This document shows positions 1 to 9,675 of a stretch of DNA of 64,000 nucleotides, piece by piece. The position numbers were made by a program, and so were the translations under genes. The notes below the pieces were generated by a model. That model saw only the letters and a list, made by a program, of their open reading frames with translations, was not told where the DNA came from and did not search any database. The stretch's first letter is position 1. Each line of letters begins with the position of its first letter. Location of the stretch: contig CAVQPJ010000005.1 in NCBI GenBank assembly GCA_963714705.1, positions 270,321 through 334,320 on the forward strand. The letters are read 5' to 3'. This DNA is from an uncultured Gammaproteobacteria bacterium (GTDB lineage Bacteria > Pseudomonadota > Gammaproteobacteria > Steroidobacterales > Rariloculaceae).

Positions 1-873
1 ACGAGGTAGACCTTGTTGCCGCAGCGGATGATCGATTCGGGTCGTCGACGACGACGAGCCCTTCGGACTGCGCCCGGCTCGCGAACCGGTACGTGTGATG
101 GTTCACGGCCGTCGTCTCGCGGATGAACAGCGCGTCGAACTCCGCGATGCGGCCGTAGTCGTCGCGGTTCAGGAACTCGACGTCGAAACCGTTCAGGCGG
201 GCGGCACGCTCGAAGCGCTTCAGCGCCTCACGGTTCGACGGCGGCGAGCGCTCGTCGTCGTTCGGTCAGGATCGCGAGGTCGTGCTCGTATCTGACGCTG
301 CGGCCGGCTCGCCCCGCCGGTCCGCGCCGCGCGAAGTGGTTCTCGATGACCTTGCGGCAGGAACGCCCCGTGGTCTCTTCGGAATGTCGCCGACGGGGAT
401 CGGCGTGATGCTGCGCAGCCGCCACAGGCTCGTCGTCGAGGATTTCGCGAACGTCGCCCGCATGAGCGGCATCGGGAACAGGTTGAACAAGGCGCGGCTC
501 AAGGCAGTGTGCCGCTCGGCCAGGTTGCAGCCGAAATAGATGCTGAGCTCGAAGCGCTTCGACTTGATCGTGTGCAGCGAGCGCTCGACGATCTCCTCGA
601 GCTCGTCGTCGGCGCGCAGCAGCGAGCGCGACTTGACGTCCTGGATCGTCGCGACGCCGGGCATCGTGCGATGGCCGCGCGCCGCAGCGAGCAGCGAGAC
701 GTAGTAGCCGGCCGTCTGATACTCGTAGGAGTCGCAGAGGTTGTAGACGCGCGCCTGGCGCATGCCGGCGAGCGCGCTCGTCGCGCAGATAGCTGTCGGC
801 GCTGATGACCTCGGCCGCCGCTAAGGTGCAGCGGCCACTCCTCGGGATGGTCGACGACGATCAGCGCCGTCAT
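1..873 (-). CDS. RimK-family ATP-grasp ligase with RLAN-type N-terminal domain (N-terminal ~290 aa; gene runs off the left edge; frame-interrupted)
   Basis: ORF pieces 499..873 (MTALIVVDHPEEWPL) and 266..763 (RVYNLCDSYEYQTAGYYVSLLAAARGHRTMPGVATIQDVKSRSLL, an RLAN-like motif). Below ~300, my own translation of a third frame reads DLAILTNDDE...ALFIRETTAVNHHTYRF...VVVDDP, typical of the RimK-like pre-ATP-grasp region. The start codon overlaps the stop of the upstream gene at 870-873. Confidence 0.6.
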
Positions 874-1620
874 CGCCGAGCACGTTTCGGCTCGATGACG
901 AGCAGGTTCGCGTCGTACGTCATGACGCCGAGCAGAATGGCCCCGATCAGTCGCTGCACCTGCACGGCATAGTAACGCGAGCGCACGAGCGGGTTCTCGA
1001 GCGGATCGGCGATCAGGATCTCGCGCGCGTCGCGCCGATAGCCCGTCAGCACGACGAAGTGCCCGACGGGCTCGCCGCGGATGTCGTCGTCGGCGTTCGT
1101 CTCGGGAACGTCGCGAACGGCGCGGTAGAGATAGGTCGCGCTCAAGCCCGTGATGACGAGGTCCGCGATTCGAGGTAGCGGCGCAGCAATGACGGATCGA
1201 GGTCGCGCAGCACGAGCTTGCCGCCTAGTGCGCAGGAACTCGTCGTAGCCGCGCGTTGCGGACTGTAAGCGGCGTCCACGGCTTGACCTTCGCTTGGGCT
1301 CGAGACGCTCGCGGATCTCATCGTTCGGCAGCGAGAACCAGGTCGGATCGAACAAATCGAGGTTGTAGGTGAGGATCGTCGCACCGTAACCGCGGTGCAG
1401 CGCGTGGTTCGCGAGGAACACGTCGAGCGTGCCGCCGCGATCGAGCGTCTGAATGTCGGCGATGACGCGCTCGAGCGGCACGTCGTCGCCGTAGTGACGA
1501 TAGACGCCGTGCAGGCAGGCGGGGCCACAGGTGACATCGTCGGGTTGTGCTCGACGACGAAGCCGAGGCCGGCGAAGCCGGCCGCGCGGCAGAACGTTTG
1601 CGCTTGCGCTTGGCGCTCAC
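870..1620 (-). CDS. C39-like (papain-fold) cysteine peptidase domain protein, frame-interrupted, start uncertain
   Basis: ORF 870..1481 (LFDPTWFSLPNDEIRERLE; GEPVGHFVVLTGYRRDAREILIADPLENP). Translating upstream in the same frame gives DDVTCGPACLHGVYRHYGDDVPLERV. The Cys in CGPACL and the His in GHFVVL are arranged as in C39-type peptidase domains. A possible GTG start lies at 1620. Confidence 0.5.
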
Positions 1621-1674
1621 GGCACCGCCTGAAAGTCGTGGTTTGCGCCGGCCCGCGGCCGGCAGTGGGACAGA

Positions 1675-1908
1675 CTACAGCTTCGTGTCGAAGTCGTCCT
1701 GCGCCGTAGTCGTCCCAGTCCGACAGCTGGCGCCGCAGGCTCTGCTGCTCGTTGCGCAGCTCGACGCGCTGGCGGGCGGGCTTCTTGGGTTTACGCGGAT
1801 CGCGCGGAGTCGTCGTCCGAATCGTCTGACGTCGTCGCTCGATTCGAGATCGTCGAAGAAGTGGGCTTCAGCGCCCTCTTCGTCGGCTTGTTCCTTGGGC
1901 TTACGCAT
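1675..1908 (-). CDS. Small highly charged ORF (frame ambiguous in its middle)
   Basis: Within ORF 1675..1977 the sequence reads MRKPKEQADEEGAEAHFFDDLESSDDV... from the ATG at 1908. An alternative frame in the middle reads PRKPKKPARQRVELRNEQQSLRRQLSDWDDYGA. The C-terminus DDFDTKL-stop is at 1675. The ORF sits directly upstream of the peptidase/RimK pair. I recognise no family. Confidence 0.3.
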   Translation of the reverse strand: MRKPKEQADEEGAEAHFFDDLESSDDVRRFGRRLRAIRVNPRSPPASASSCATSSRACGASCRTGTTTAQDDFDTKL

Positions 1909-2141
1909 CGGGTAAACCCTCCTTGCCATGACCACTATCCGGATCTTCAGTCCGGTTGCGCCCACGGGCGGCAACACCCGTTAGACCCGCCCGGGCGCTC
2001 AGCCGCCGGGCTGCGCAACTATAGGCGGTTGCAAAAGGCTGTCAAGCCGCGAAATGACTATGAGAAATCCGGTAGTTATAAGATTTCTTTAGGATTCCGG
2101 TACCACTGACAGAGGCGGCCGCCGGCCGCCGCCCGCAGCGC

Positions 2142-3651
2142 CTAGGTCCGCGCCCGGATCGCCTTACAGAACATGACCTTATGATCACCGGGCGCGTAAA
2201 AGTCGCGCAGCCGCGCGACCTGCGCGTAGCCGGCCTCGCGGTAGAACCGCCGTGTCCGTGACGTAGACGCTCCGCGACGAGGTTTCGATGTACAGGCTGC
2301 CGCCGCCGCGGCGCGCGACGGCCGTCTCGACCTGCCGCATGCAACGCCCGGCCGACACCCTGCCCCTGCGCGGCAGGCGCCACGACGATCCAGTAGAGAT
2401 CGTAGCTGCGCTCGCGTCAGCGGCACATCGCCCCACGCGCAATAGCCGAGCGACGGCTGCTCTGCCGCTCCGCGAAGACGAACGAGTAGCCGCTCTTCGG
2501 GCCGCGCGCGAGCCGCGCTTCGAGCAGCTCGAGCGCGATCGGCACGCTCCTGCGCCGTAGAAGACGCCCGTCGATGCGACGAGGCGACGCAGCGCCGGCA
2601 CGTCGGCGGCCGTGGGCCGACTGCGGTAACGGACGCGATTCGCCGTCACGCGCTCTGCCCGTGCGGCGCGCGACGCGCGCGCGTCGGCAATCAGCCAGTC
2701 GATCGCCTCGTCGAAGCCGATGCCGGCCTCCGCGAGCGCCGCCGCAAACCCGGCATCGGGCGACAGGCAGGGATTGGCGTTGATCTCGAGCACGAAGAGC
2801 ATGCCGGAGGCGTCGACACGAAAGTCGACGCGGGCATAACCGTCGAGCGCGAACAGCTCCCAGCACGCGAGCGCGAGCCGCTCGGCGCGCGCCGCGAGCT
2901 CTGGCTCGACGTCGAACGAGCGCGACCGTGTGGCGATACTCGAAGCTGTCGACGTGCCACTTCGCCGCGTAGCCGACGATCGCGGGCTTGTCCGCGGGAA
3001 AGCCCTCGAAGCGAATCTCCGCGACGGGCAACACGCGCGGACCCGTCGGGGCGCGGCGATCGATGCCGACGTTGAGCTCGCGCCCCGGCACGAAGCGCTC
3101 GGCGAACCAGTCGCCGCCGAACTCCGCGCGGCGCGCTTCGAGCACGCGGCTAGCGGCCTCCGCGCCGGCGACGACCGAAGAGTCGTCGATGCCCAGCGAC
3201 GCGTGCTCGAACACGGACTTCACGATCCACGTGACCGTCGCCGGCCTTGGTGCCGTCGCCGGCCACGGCCGCCGAGCACGGCCGGCGTCGCGATTTCCGC
3301 TTGCCGCAGCAGCCGCTTCGCCGCGACCTTGTGCGACGTCGCGCCGAGCGCCTCCGCGGAGCAACCCGTGAACGGCACGCCGAGCGACTCGAGCAGCGCC
3401 GGCACCACGGCAAGCAGCCGGCCGCGGCCCTCGAGCGACTCGACGAGATTGAAGACGGCGTGCGGCGCGAGCGCGTCGAGCATCCGCTCGAGCGCGCCGA
3501 GGTCGAGCCCGACCGGCAGCGGTCGTCGTGTCGTAACCGAGCCTCGCCGAGCGCCGCCGCGATCGCCGCCGCCTCGAGCAGCGTATCGCTCGAGTCGGGG
3601 CGTCCCGCCGCGGCGTGCGGCGTCGTGCAGCAGCACGATCCTAGGCGACAT
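2142..3651 (-). CDS. D-Ala-D-Ala-ligase-like ATP-grasp enzyme fused to a C-terminal GNAT acetyltransferase domain (frame-interrupted)
   Basis: N-terminus in 3220..3651 (MSPRIVLLHDAA...VFNLVESLEGRGRLLAVVPALLESLGVPFTGCSAEALGATSHKVAAKRLL). Middle in 2417..3364 (WIVKSVFEHASLGIDDSSVV...FVPGRELNVG...PAIVGYAAKWHVDSFEY). ATP-grasp end in 2185..2802 (MLFVLEINANPCLSPDAGFAAALAEAGIGFDEAIDWLI). GNAT tail in 2142..2426 (RRFYREAGYAQVARLRDFYAPGDHKVMFCKAI). Confidence 0.65.
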
Positions 3652-4636
3652 CGAGGCGCGCCGACGCGCAGCGCACGATCTCGCCGATCAGCGCGCGATA
3701 GCTCATGCCGGCCATCTCGGCCATGATCGGCAGATCGGAGTAGCCCGGGCGTCGAGCCCCGCGAGCGGATTGACCTCGATCATCTGCGGCCGACCCGCAC
3801 CGTCGAGCCGAACGTCGACGCGGCCCGCATCGCGACAGCCGAGGCACGCCCAAGTCGCGAGCGCGACGCCCTCGACCTCGCTGCGCAGCGGGCCCGGCCT
3901 CGAGCAGCCCGTACTCGACGATGTTCTCCCACTGCGTCTTGTTGCGATACGAGTAGACGCCCGCGTCGGCGCCCTCGAGCAGCACGACCTCCAGCGTCGC
4001 GAGGGCCCGCGCGGCAGTCACCGGTGCCGAGGATGCCGACCGTGAACTCGCGGCCGCTCAGGTACTCCTCGACGAGCACGGGCTGGCGATACTGCTCGAG
4101 CAGCTCGGTGCAGACCTCGACGAGCGCAGCCCTGCGAGGTCGACGAGCGACTTCGCCGTGACGCCCTTGCTGCTGCCCTCGGCGACGGGCTTCGCGAACA
4201 GCGGCAACGGCAACGTGACGGCTTTGCGGCTTCCGGCCAGTGCTCGTCACGAGCGCGAAGCTCGGCGTCGGCACGCCGCAGCCGCGCGCCACGTGCTTCG
4301 CCATGCCCTTGTGCAGCGTCAGCGCGCAGACGAGCGGGTCGGAGAACGTGTACGGAATCCCGTACGCCTCGAGCAGCGCCGGCACCTGCGACTCGCGGCC
4401 GAAGCCGGCGACGCCTTCGGCGATGTTGAACACGAGGTCGCAGCGCCAACCGGCGACGAGCCGCGCGGCGAGCGCGCGCACGTGGCCGATGCGCTCGACC
4501 TCGTGGCCCGAGCTCCGTCGAGCGCGCCTGCGATCGCGTCGATCGTTGCAGCGGAATCGAACTCGGCGACCTCGTGCTCGGCAAGCCCGAGCGCCAAATA
4601 GTCGTCCTTCAGATCGTAGGTGAACCCGATCCGCAC
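3641..4636 (-). CDS. D-Ala-D-Ala-ligase-family ATP-grasp enzyme (frame-interrupted)
   Basis: 4319..4636 (MRIGFTYDLKDDYLALGLAEHEVAEFDSAATIDAI). 3780..4481 (DLVFNIAEGVAGFGRESQVPALLEAYGIPYTFSDPLVCALTLHKGMAKHV...LLEQYRQPVLVEEYLSGREFTVGILGTGD). 3641..4021 (GVYSYRNKTQWENIVEY...SDLPIMAEMAGMSYRALIGEIV). Confidence 0.7.
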
Positions 4637-4670
4637 GTGGCGTCCTTCGGCGCGCGTGCTGCGCCGTAGC

Positions 4671-5907
4671 TTACGGCTTGCCGAGCGTACCGTCTGGATC
4701 GGGGTAGCGGCACTGCTCGCCGGCGAAGTTGCGCAGCAGCAGGTCGTCGCCGTCGCGGCCGATGACGGCGTCCGGCAGCATGGCGATCTTGCCGCCGCCG
4801 CCCGGGGCGTCGACGACGTAGTTCGGCACCGCGTAGCCGGTCGTGTAGCCGCGCATCTGACCGATCAGCTCGAGGCCTTTGTCGACGGTCGTGCGGAAAT
4901 GGCTCGAGCCGCTGATGGGGTCGCACTGATACAGATAGTACGGGCCGCACGCGAATCTTCAGCAGCGCGTGGAACAGCTTCTTCAGCGTCTCGACGTCGT
5001 CGTTGACGCCCTTGAGCAGCACCGTCTGGCTGCCGAGCGGAATGCCCGCGTCGGCCAGCCGGCCGCACGCCTCGGCGACTTCGGGCGTCACCTCGTCGGG
5101 ATGCGTGAAATGCAGGCTCATCCAGAGCGGATGATAGCGGCGCAGCATCTTCGTCAGCGCCGGCGTCACGCGCATCGGCTGGACGACCGGCTGCTTGCTG
5201 CCGATGCGGATGAACTCGAGATGCGGAATCGCCCGCAAGCCGCGACAGCACGTACTCGAGGCGGTCCTCGTCGAGCGACAGCGGGTCGCCGCCCGAGATC
5301 AGGCAGTCCCGGACGGCCGGCGTGGCCGCGATGTACTCGATGGCCCGGTCGATGTCGGCCTTGCGCAGCGCGCGCTCGCCGCTCGCGCCGACGAGCCGCG
5401 CCCGCGTGCAGTAGCGGCAATAGACCGAGCAGAAGTTCGTGACGAGCAGCAGTACCCGGTCGGGGTAGCGATGGACGAGCCCCGGCACGGGGCTGTGGCC
5501 GTCCTCGCCGAGCGGGTCGTCCTGCTCGCCGGGCGTACGGTCGAACTCCGCGAGCGTCGGGATCGTCGTCCGGCGCAAGCCCTGCGACGGGTTGGCCGGC
5601 GTCGATCAGGCTCATGTAATACGGCGTCACGCCGATCGGCAGCGGACCCTTGGTGGCGCAGGATCGCCGCGCGCTCGTCGTCGGTGACGGCGATGATGCG
5701 CTCGAGCTGCTCGAGACTGCGGATGCGGTTGCGGTTCTGCCACCGCCAGTCGTTCCACTCGGCGGTCTTGACGCCGGGGAAGTGCCGTTTGCGGAACTCG
5801 TTGCTCGCGGGGCTGACGACGAAACGCGCGCGCGCCGCACGCGCCAGCTGCACCGGGTGCGCTGTAGCCGTTGAGTTCGCGGAGATTGAGAGAGGACTTT
5901 CGGACAA
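4671..5907 (-). CDS. kamA: L-lysine 2,3-aminomutase (KamA/AblA-type radical SAM enzyme), frame-interrupted
   Basis: 5299..5907 (FRKRHFPGVKTAEWNDWRWQNRNRIRSLEQLERII). 4865..5578 (HRYPDRVLLLVTNFCSVYCRYCTRARLVG, the CxxxCxxC radical-SAM motif, then ISGGDPLSL). 4609..5238 (HLEFIRIGSKQPVVQPMRVTPALTKMLRRYHPLWMSLHFTHPDEVTPEV...GSQTVLLKGVNDD). 4671..4856 (GYTTGYAVPNYVVDAPGGGGKI). Confidence 0.85.
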
Positions 5908-6089
5908 GGAGTCGTTCGGCTTGCGCCAAACTCGGAGGTTCTTCCTCCAGGGACTGCAGCTTGCTCACCGGTGGTCCAAGGGCTCGGAGCCCATTGTTGA
6001 TTCGTTACCCGGCAATTCCGTCGTTACCTGGGTGGGCAGACCATCTACCCGCAACGAAAGCGGCGTAAATATAAAACGCGGCTCATAGA

Positions 6090-6109
6090 TTGCAAGCACT
6101 TTCTTGCAC
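6090..6109. promoter_or_regulatory. Imperfect inverted repeat TTGCAAG-N6-CTTGCAC in the kamA/gltA divergent intergenic region (candidate operator)
   Basis: Read directly: ttgcaag cacttt cttgcac. Six of seven arm positions are complementary. It lies in a lower-GC 315-bp intergenic region between divergent genes. Confidence 0.3.
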
Positions 6110-6191
6110 CGCCGCGAGGCGCAAACCACGACGGTCACTGCGCACGCGGCAACTGTGTCGTCGCACTCACACTTCTGCATCGAGCCGAGCG

Positions 6192-6215
6192 TAGAATACG
6201 TCCGACGAGTCGGAG
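6192..6215 (+). promoter_or_regulatory. Candidate -10 box (TAGAAT, 6192-6197) and Shine-Dalgarno (GGAGG, 6211-6215) for gltA
   Basis: tagaat lies 26 nt upstream of the ATG at 6223. ggagg lies 7 nt upstream of that ATG. No convincing -35 box was seen. Confidence 0.4.
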
Positions 6216-6222
6216 GCTCCTC

Positions 6223-7517
<1,295 letters not shown>

Positions 7518-7521
7518 CGCG

Positions 7522-8969
7522 ATGAAGATCCTGATGGTCTGCGCGGAGTTCGCCCCGTGGGCGAAAACCGGCGGACTGGCCGACGCCGTAGCGGGCTTGA
7601 GCGACGCGCTCTGCGCGCGCGGCCACGACGTGCGCGTGCTTGCTGCCGCGCTACTCGCATCTCGCCGGCGCCGCGCGGCCGGCGGCACACGCGTGCGCCG
7701 GCCTCGGCGGGCCGTTCCTCGCTGAGCCGAGCTCGAGCCCGCAGCAGCAAGCCGAACGCTGCAGGCGAGCACGCGTCGCAACGCGCCCGCGCGTCTTCCT
7801 GCTCGAGCTCGGCGAGCTGACCGCGGACGCCATCTATACCGGCGACGCGCGCGATGCAGGCCGGTTCCTGCACCTGTCGCGCCGCCGCGGTTGCCTTGAG
7901 CGCGGCCGACGGCTGGCGCCCCGACGTCCTCCATTGCCACGACTGGCACACGGCGCTCGTCCCGGTGCTCCAGCGCCTCGAGCCGCGCAGCACCGCGCCG
8001 AGCGTGCTCACGCTGCACAACGTCGGCTACCAAGGCGTGTTCGCCGACGAGGTCCTCGACGAGCACGGCTTCGCGGCGCTCGAGCAGGTGCTGCCCGCCG
8101 ACGCACGCGCGGGCGGCGGCACGAATTTCCTGCGCGCCGGGCTACGCGCGGCCAGATCGCGTCACGACCGTGAGCCCGACGTACGCCGAGGAGATTCAGC
8201 ACGGCCCGAGTTCGGTATGGGCCTCGAGGACGTGCTGCGCGCGCGCGGCCGCGACCTCGTCGGCATCTTGAACGGCGTCGACTATGGCGTCTGGTCGCCG
8301 GACCAGCGACCCGTTTCTGGCGCGAGCACTACGACGCGACGGACCTCGCGCCGAAACGCCGCATCAAGGAGCAGCTCACTCGAGCGGCTCGAGCTCGCGC
8401 CCGACAATCGACGCTCCGCTGGTCGGCGTCGTGAGCCGCCTCGTCGAGCAGAAAGGCATCGACCTCTTGACGCGCGGTGCTGCCGGCGCTGCTGCCGGAC
8501 ACGCGCGCGACCTTCGCCGTGCTCGGCAACGGCGACGCGCCGCTCGCCGGCGAGCTGCGCCGCCTCGCCGACGCTCATCCGCGACCGTGTGTCGTTCACC
8601 GAAGGCTACGACGAAGCGCTCGCGCACGAGATCTTCGCCGGCTCCGACTTGACGGTCGTGCCGTCGCGTTACGAGCCGTGCGGCCTCACGCAGATGTACG
8701 CGCTGCGCTACGGCACGATTCCCGTCGTGCGCGCGACGGGCGGCCTCGCCGACACGATCCAGCACTTCGACGCGGCGACGGGCACGGCAACGGCAGCGTG
8801 TTTCGCGACGCCGACCCGCAAGGCGTGCTGTGGGGCGTCGACACGGCGCTCGGCTGGTTCGACGACCGCGCCGCCTGGTCGCACCTCGTCCGCAACGCGA
8901 TGGCGGCCGACTTCTCCTGGCCGAAGCAGGTGCCCTCACTACGAGGAGCTCTACCGGTCGTTGCTCTAA
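7522..8969 (+). CDS. glgA: Glycogen synthase (ADP-glucose type), frame-interrupted
   Basis: 7522..7725 (MKILMVCAEFAPWAKTGGLADAVAGLSDALCARGHDVRVL). 7854..8969 (DVLHCHDWHTALVPVL...LTLHNVGYQGVF...VVPSRYEPCGLTQMYALRYGTIPVVRATGGLADTI). The ATG is 4 nt after the gltA stop. Confidence 0.9.
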
Positions 8970-9135
8970 CCCGCTTGGCGGCGTGTTGCCGAATCGGCAG
9001 GGCGGCCAGGTGCGGCGTATCTCTCGTGAACCCCTTTGAAGCTCTGATCGGTCCTCCGCGAGCGTGCGTGGCCTAGCGTCGCGACAGGGGTGCGGCTGAA
9101 CTCTTGCGTCAGTTGCGCACGCACCCAGCCAGCTC

Positions 9136-9336
9136 TTGACCAAATCGGTGTCAACGAGAAACGGGAAATCCCACGATCAGCTCGTGCGCGAGTACGGCGA
9201 ACACATCCCCACGCGCCACCTGCACTTCATCATGGGCACGATGGCCGCCCATCCGCGCACGTTCATCGTCATCGGGCTGCTGCGCTCCGGCCTCGATCCC
9301 GCCGAGCTCGCCAAGCAGAGCGATCTGTTCAAGTAA
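9136..9336 (+). other. Short ORF, possibly the 3-prime remnant of an unidentified gene
   Basis: The 66-aa ORF (…HDQLVREYGEHIPTRHLHFIMGTMAAHPRTFIVIGLLRSGLDPAELAKQSDLFK) has a plausible C-terminal part but an unconvincing N-terminal 12 aa. It lies between glgA and the Rhs cassette. I recognise no family. Confidence 0.2.
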
Positions 9337-9342
9337 CGATTG

Positions 9343-9666
9343 CTAGAGTCGAGAAGGTAATCCGAGCGTACTCAAGACTGCCTTTTCATTCGTGTGATAG
9401 CACCGAACCATATGATCGCAGTACTCCGCGACCGTACGGATCTCCAACGCTCCGGAGTCGATTTGCTTGAGCGATTGGCGATCAGCCACGTCGCGAATGT
9501 CATGAAGCATCTGGTCGTACTCGTTGTACTTGAAGTCCGACCTCCCGCTGCTTCTCAGATCCTCTCCGAAGATGTGCTCCGGGCGAACTCTGTCAGCCAG
9601 CATCCCAAACACTTGCGCGATTCGTTGACGCGCAGCGAGTGCGATTTCGCTATCTGAATACTTCAT
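9343..9666 (-). CDS. Putative cognate immunity protein of the Rhs C-terminal toxin (107 aa, frame-intact)
   Basis: The start is 9 nt downstream of the rhs stop on the same strand, and the gene is small. G+C is clearly lower here (hand counts 29/60 at 9361-9420 and 30/60 at 9481-9540). This is the classical toxin-immunity arrangement for Rhs loci. Confidence 0.6.
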   Translation of the reverse strand: MKYSDSEIALAARQRIAQVFGMLADRVRPEHIFGEDLRSSGRSDFKYNEYDQMLHDIRDVADRQSLKQIDSGALEIRTVAEYCDHMVRCYHTNEKAVLSTLGLPSRL

Positions 9667-9675
9667 TTGCCTTGC

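Noticed and set aside
1977-2141. A sigma70 promoter (TTGCAA ... ) in the lower-GC gap between the GNAT fusion gene and the small charged ORF
   Set aside because: A TTGCAA hexamer is present on the plus strand, but the downstream genes are on the minus strand. I could not find a convincing -10 at proper spacing on either strand.
2930-4045. Long ORFs antisense to recognised genes (for example 2930..4045 +, 7182..8066 -, 14871..16241 +, 22881..23939 +, 27136..27960 -, 39313..40503 +, 58319..59203 -, 62860..63984 -)
   Set aside because: They are Arg/Ala/Pro-rich low-complexity translations with no family resemblance. Each lies opposite a gene with strong family motifs. These are typical shadow ORFs of high-GC DNA.
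8987-8999. Hairpin tgccg-aat-cggca as the glgA terminator
   Set aside because: It has only a 5-bp stem and a 3-nt loop, with no following T-tract. It is not credible as an intrinsic terminator.
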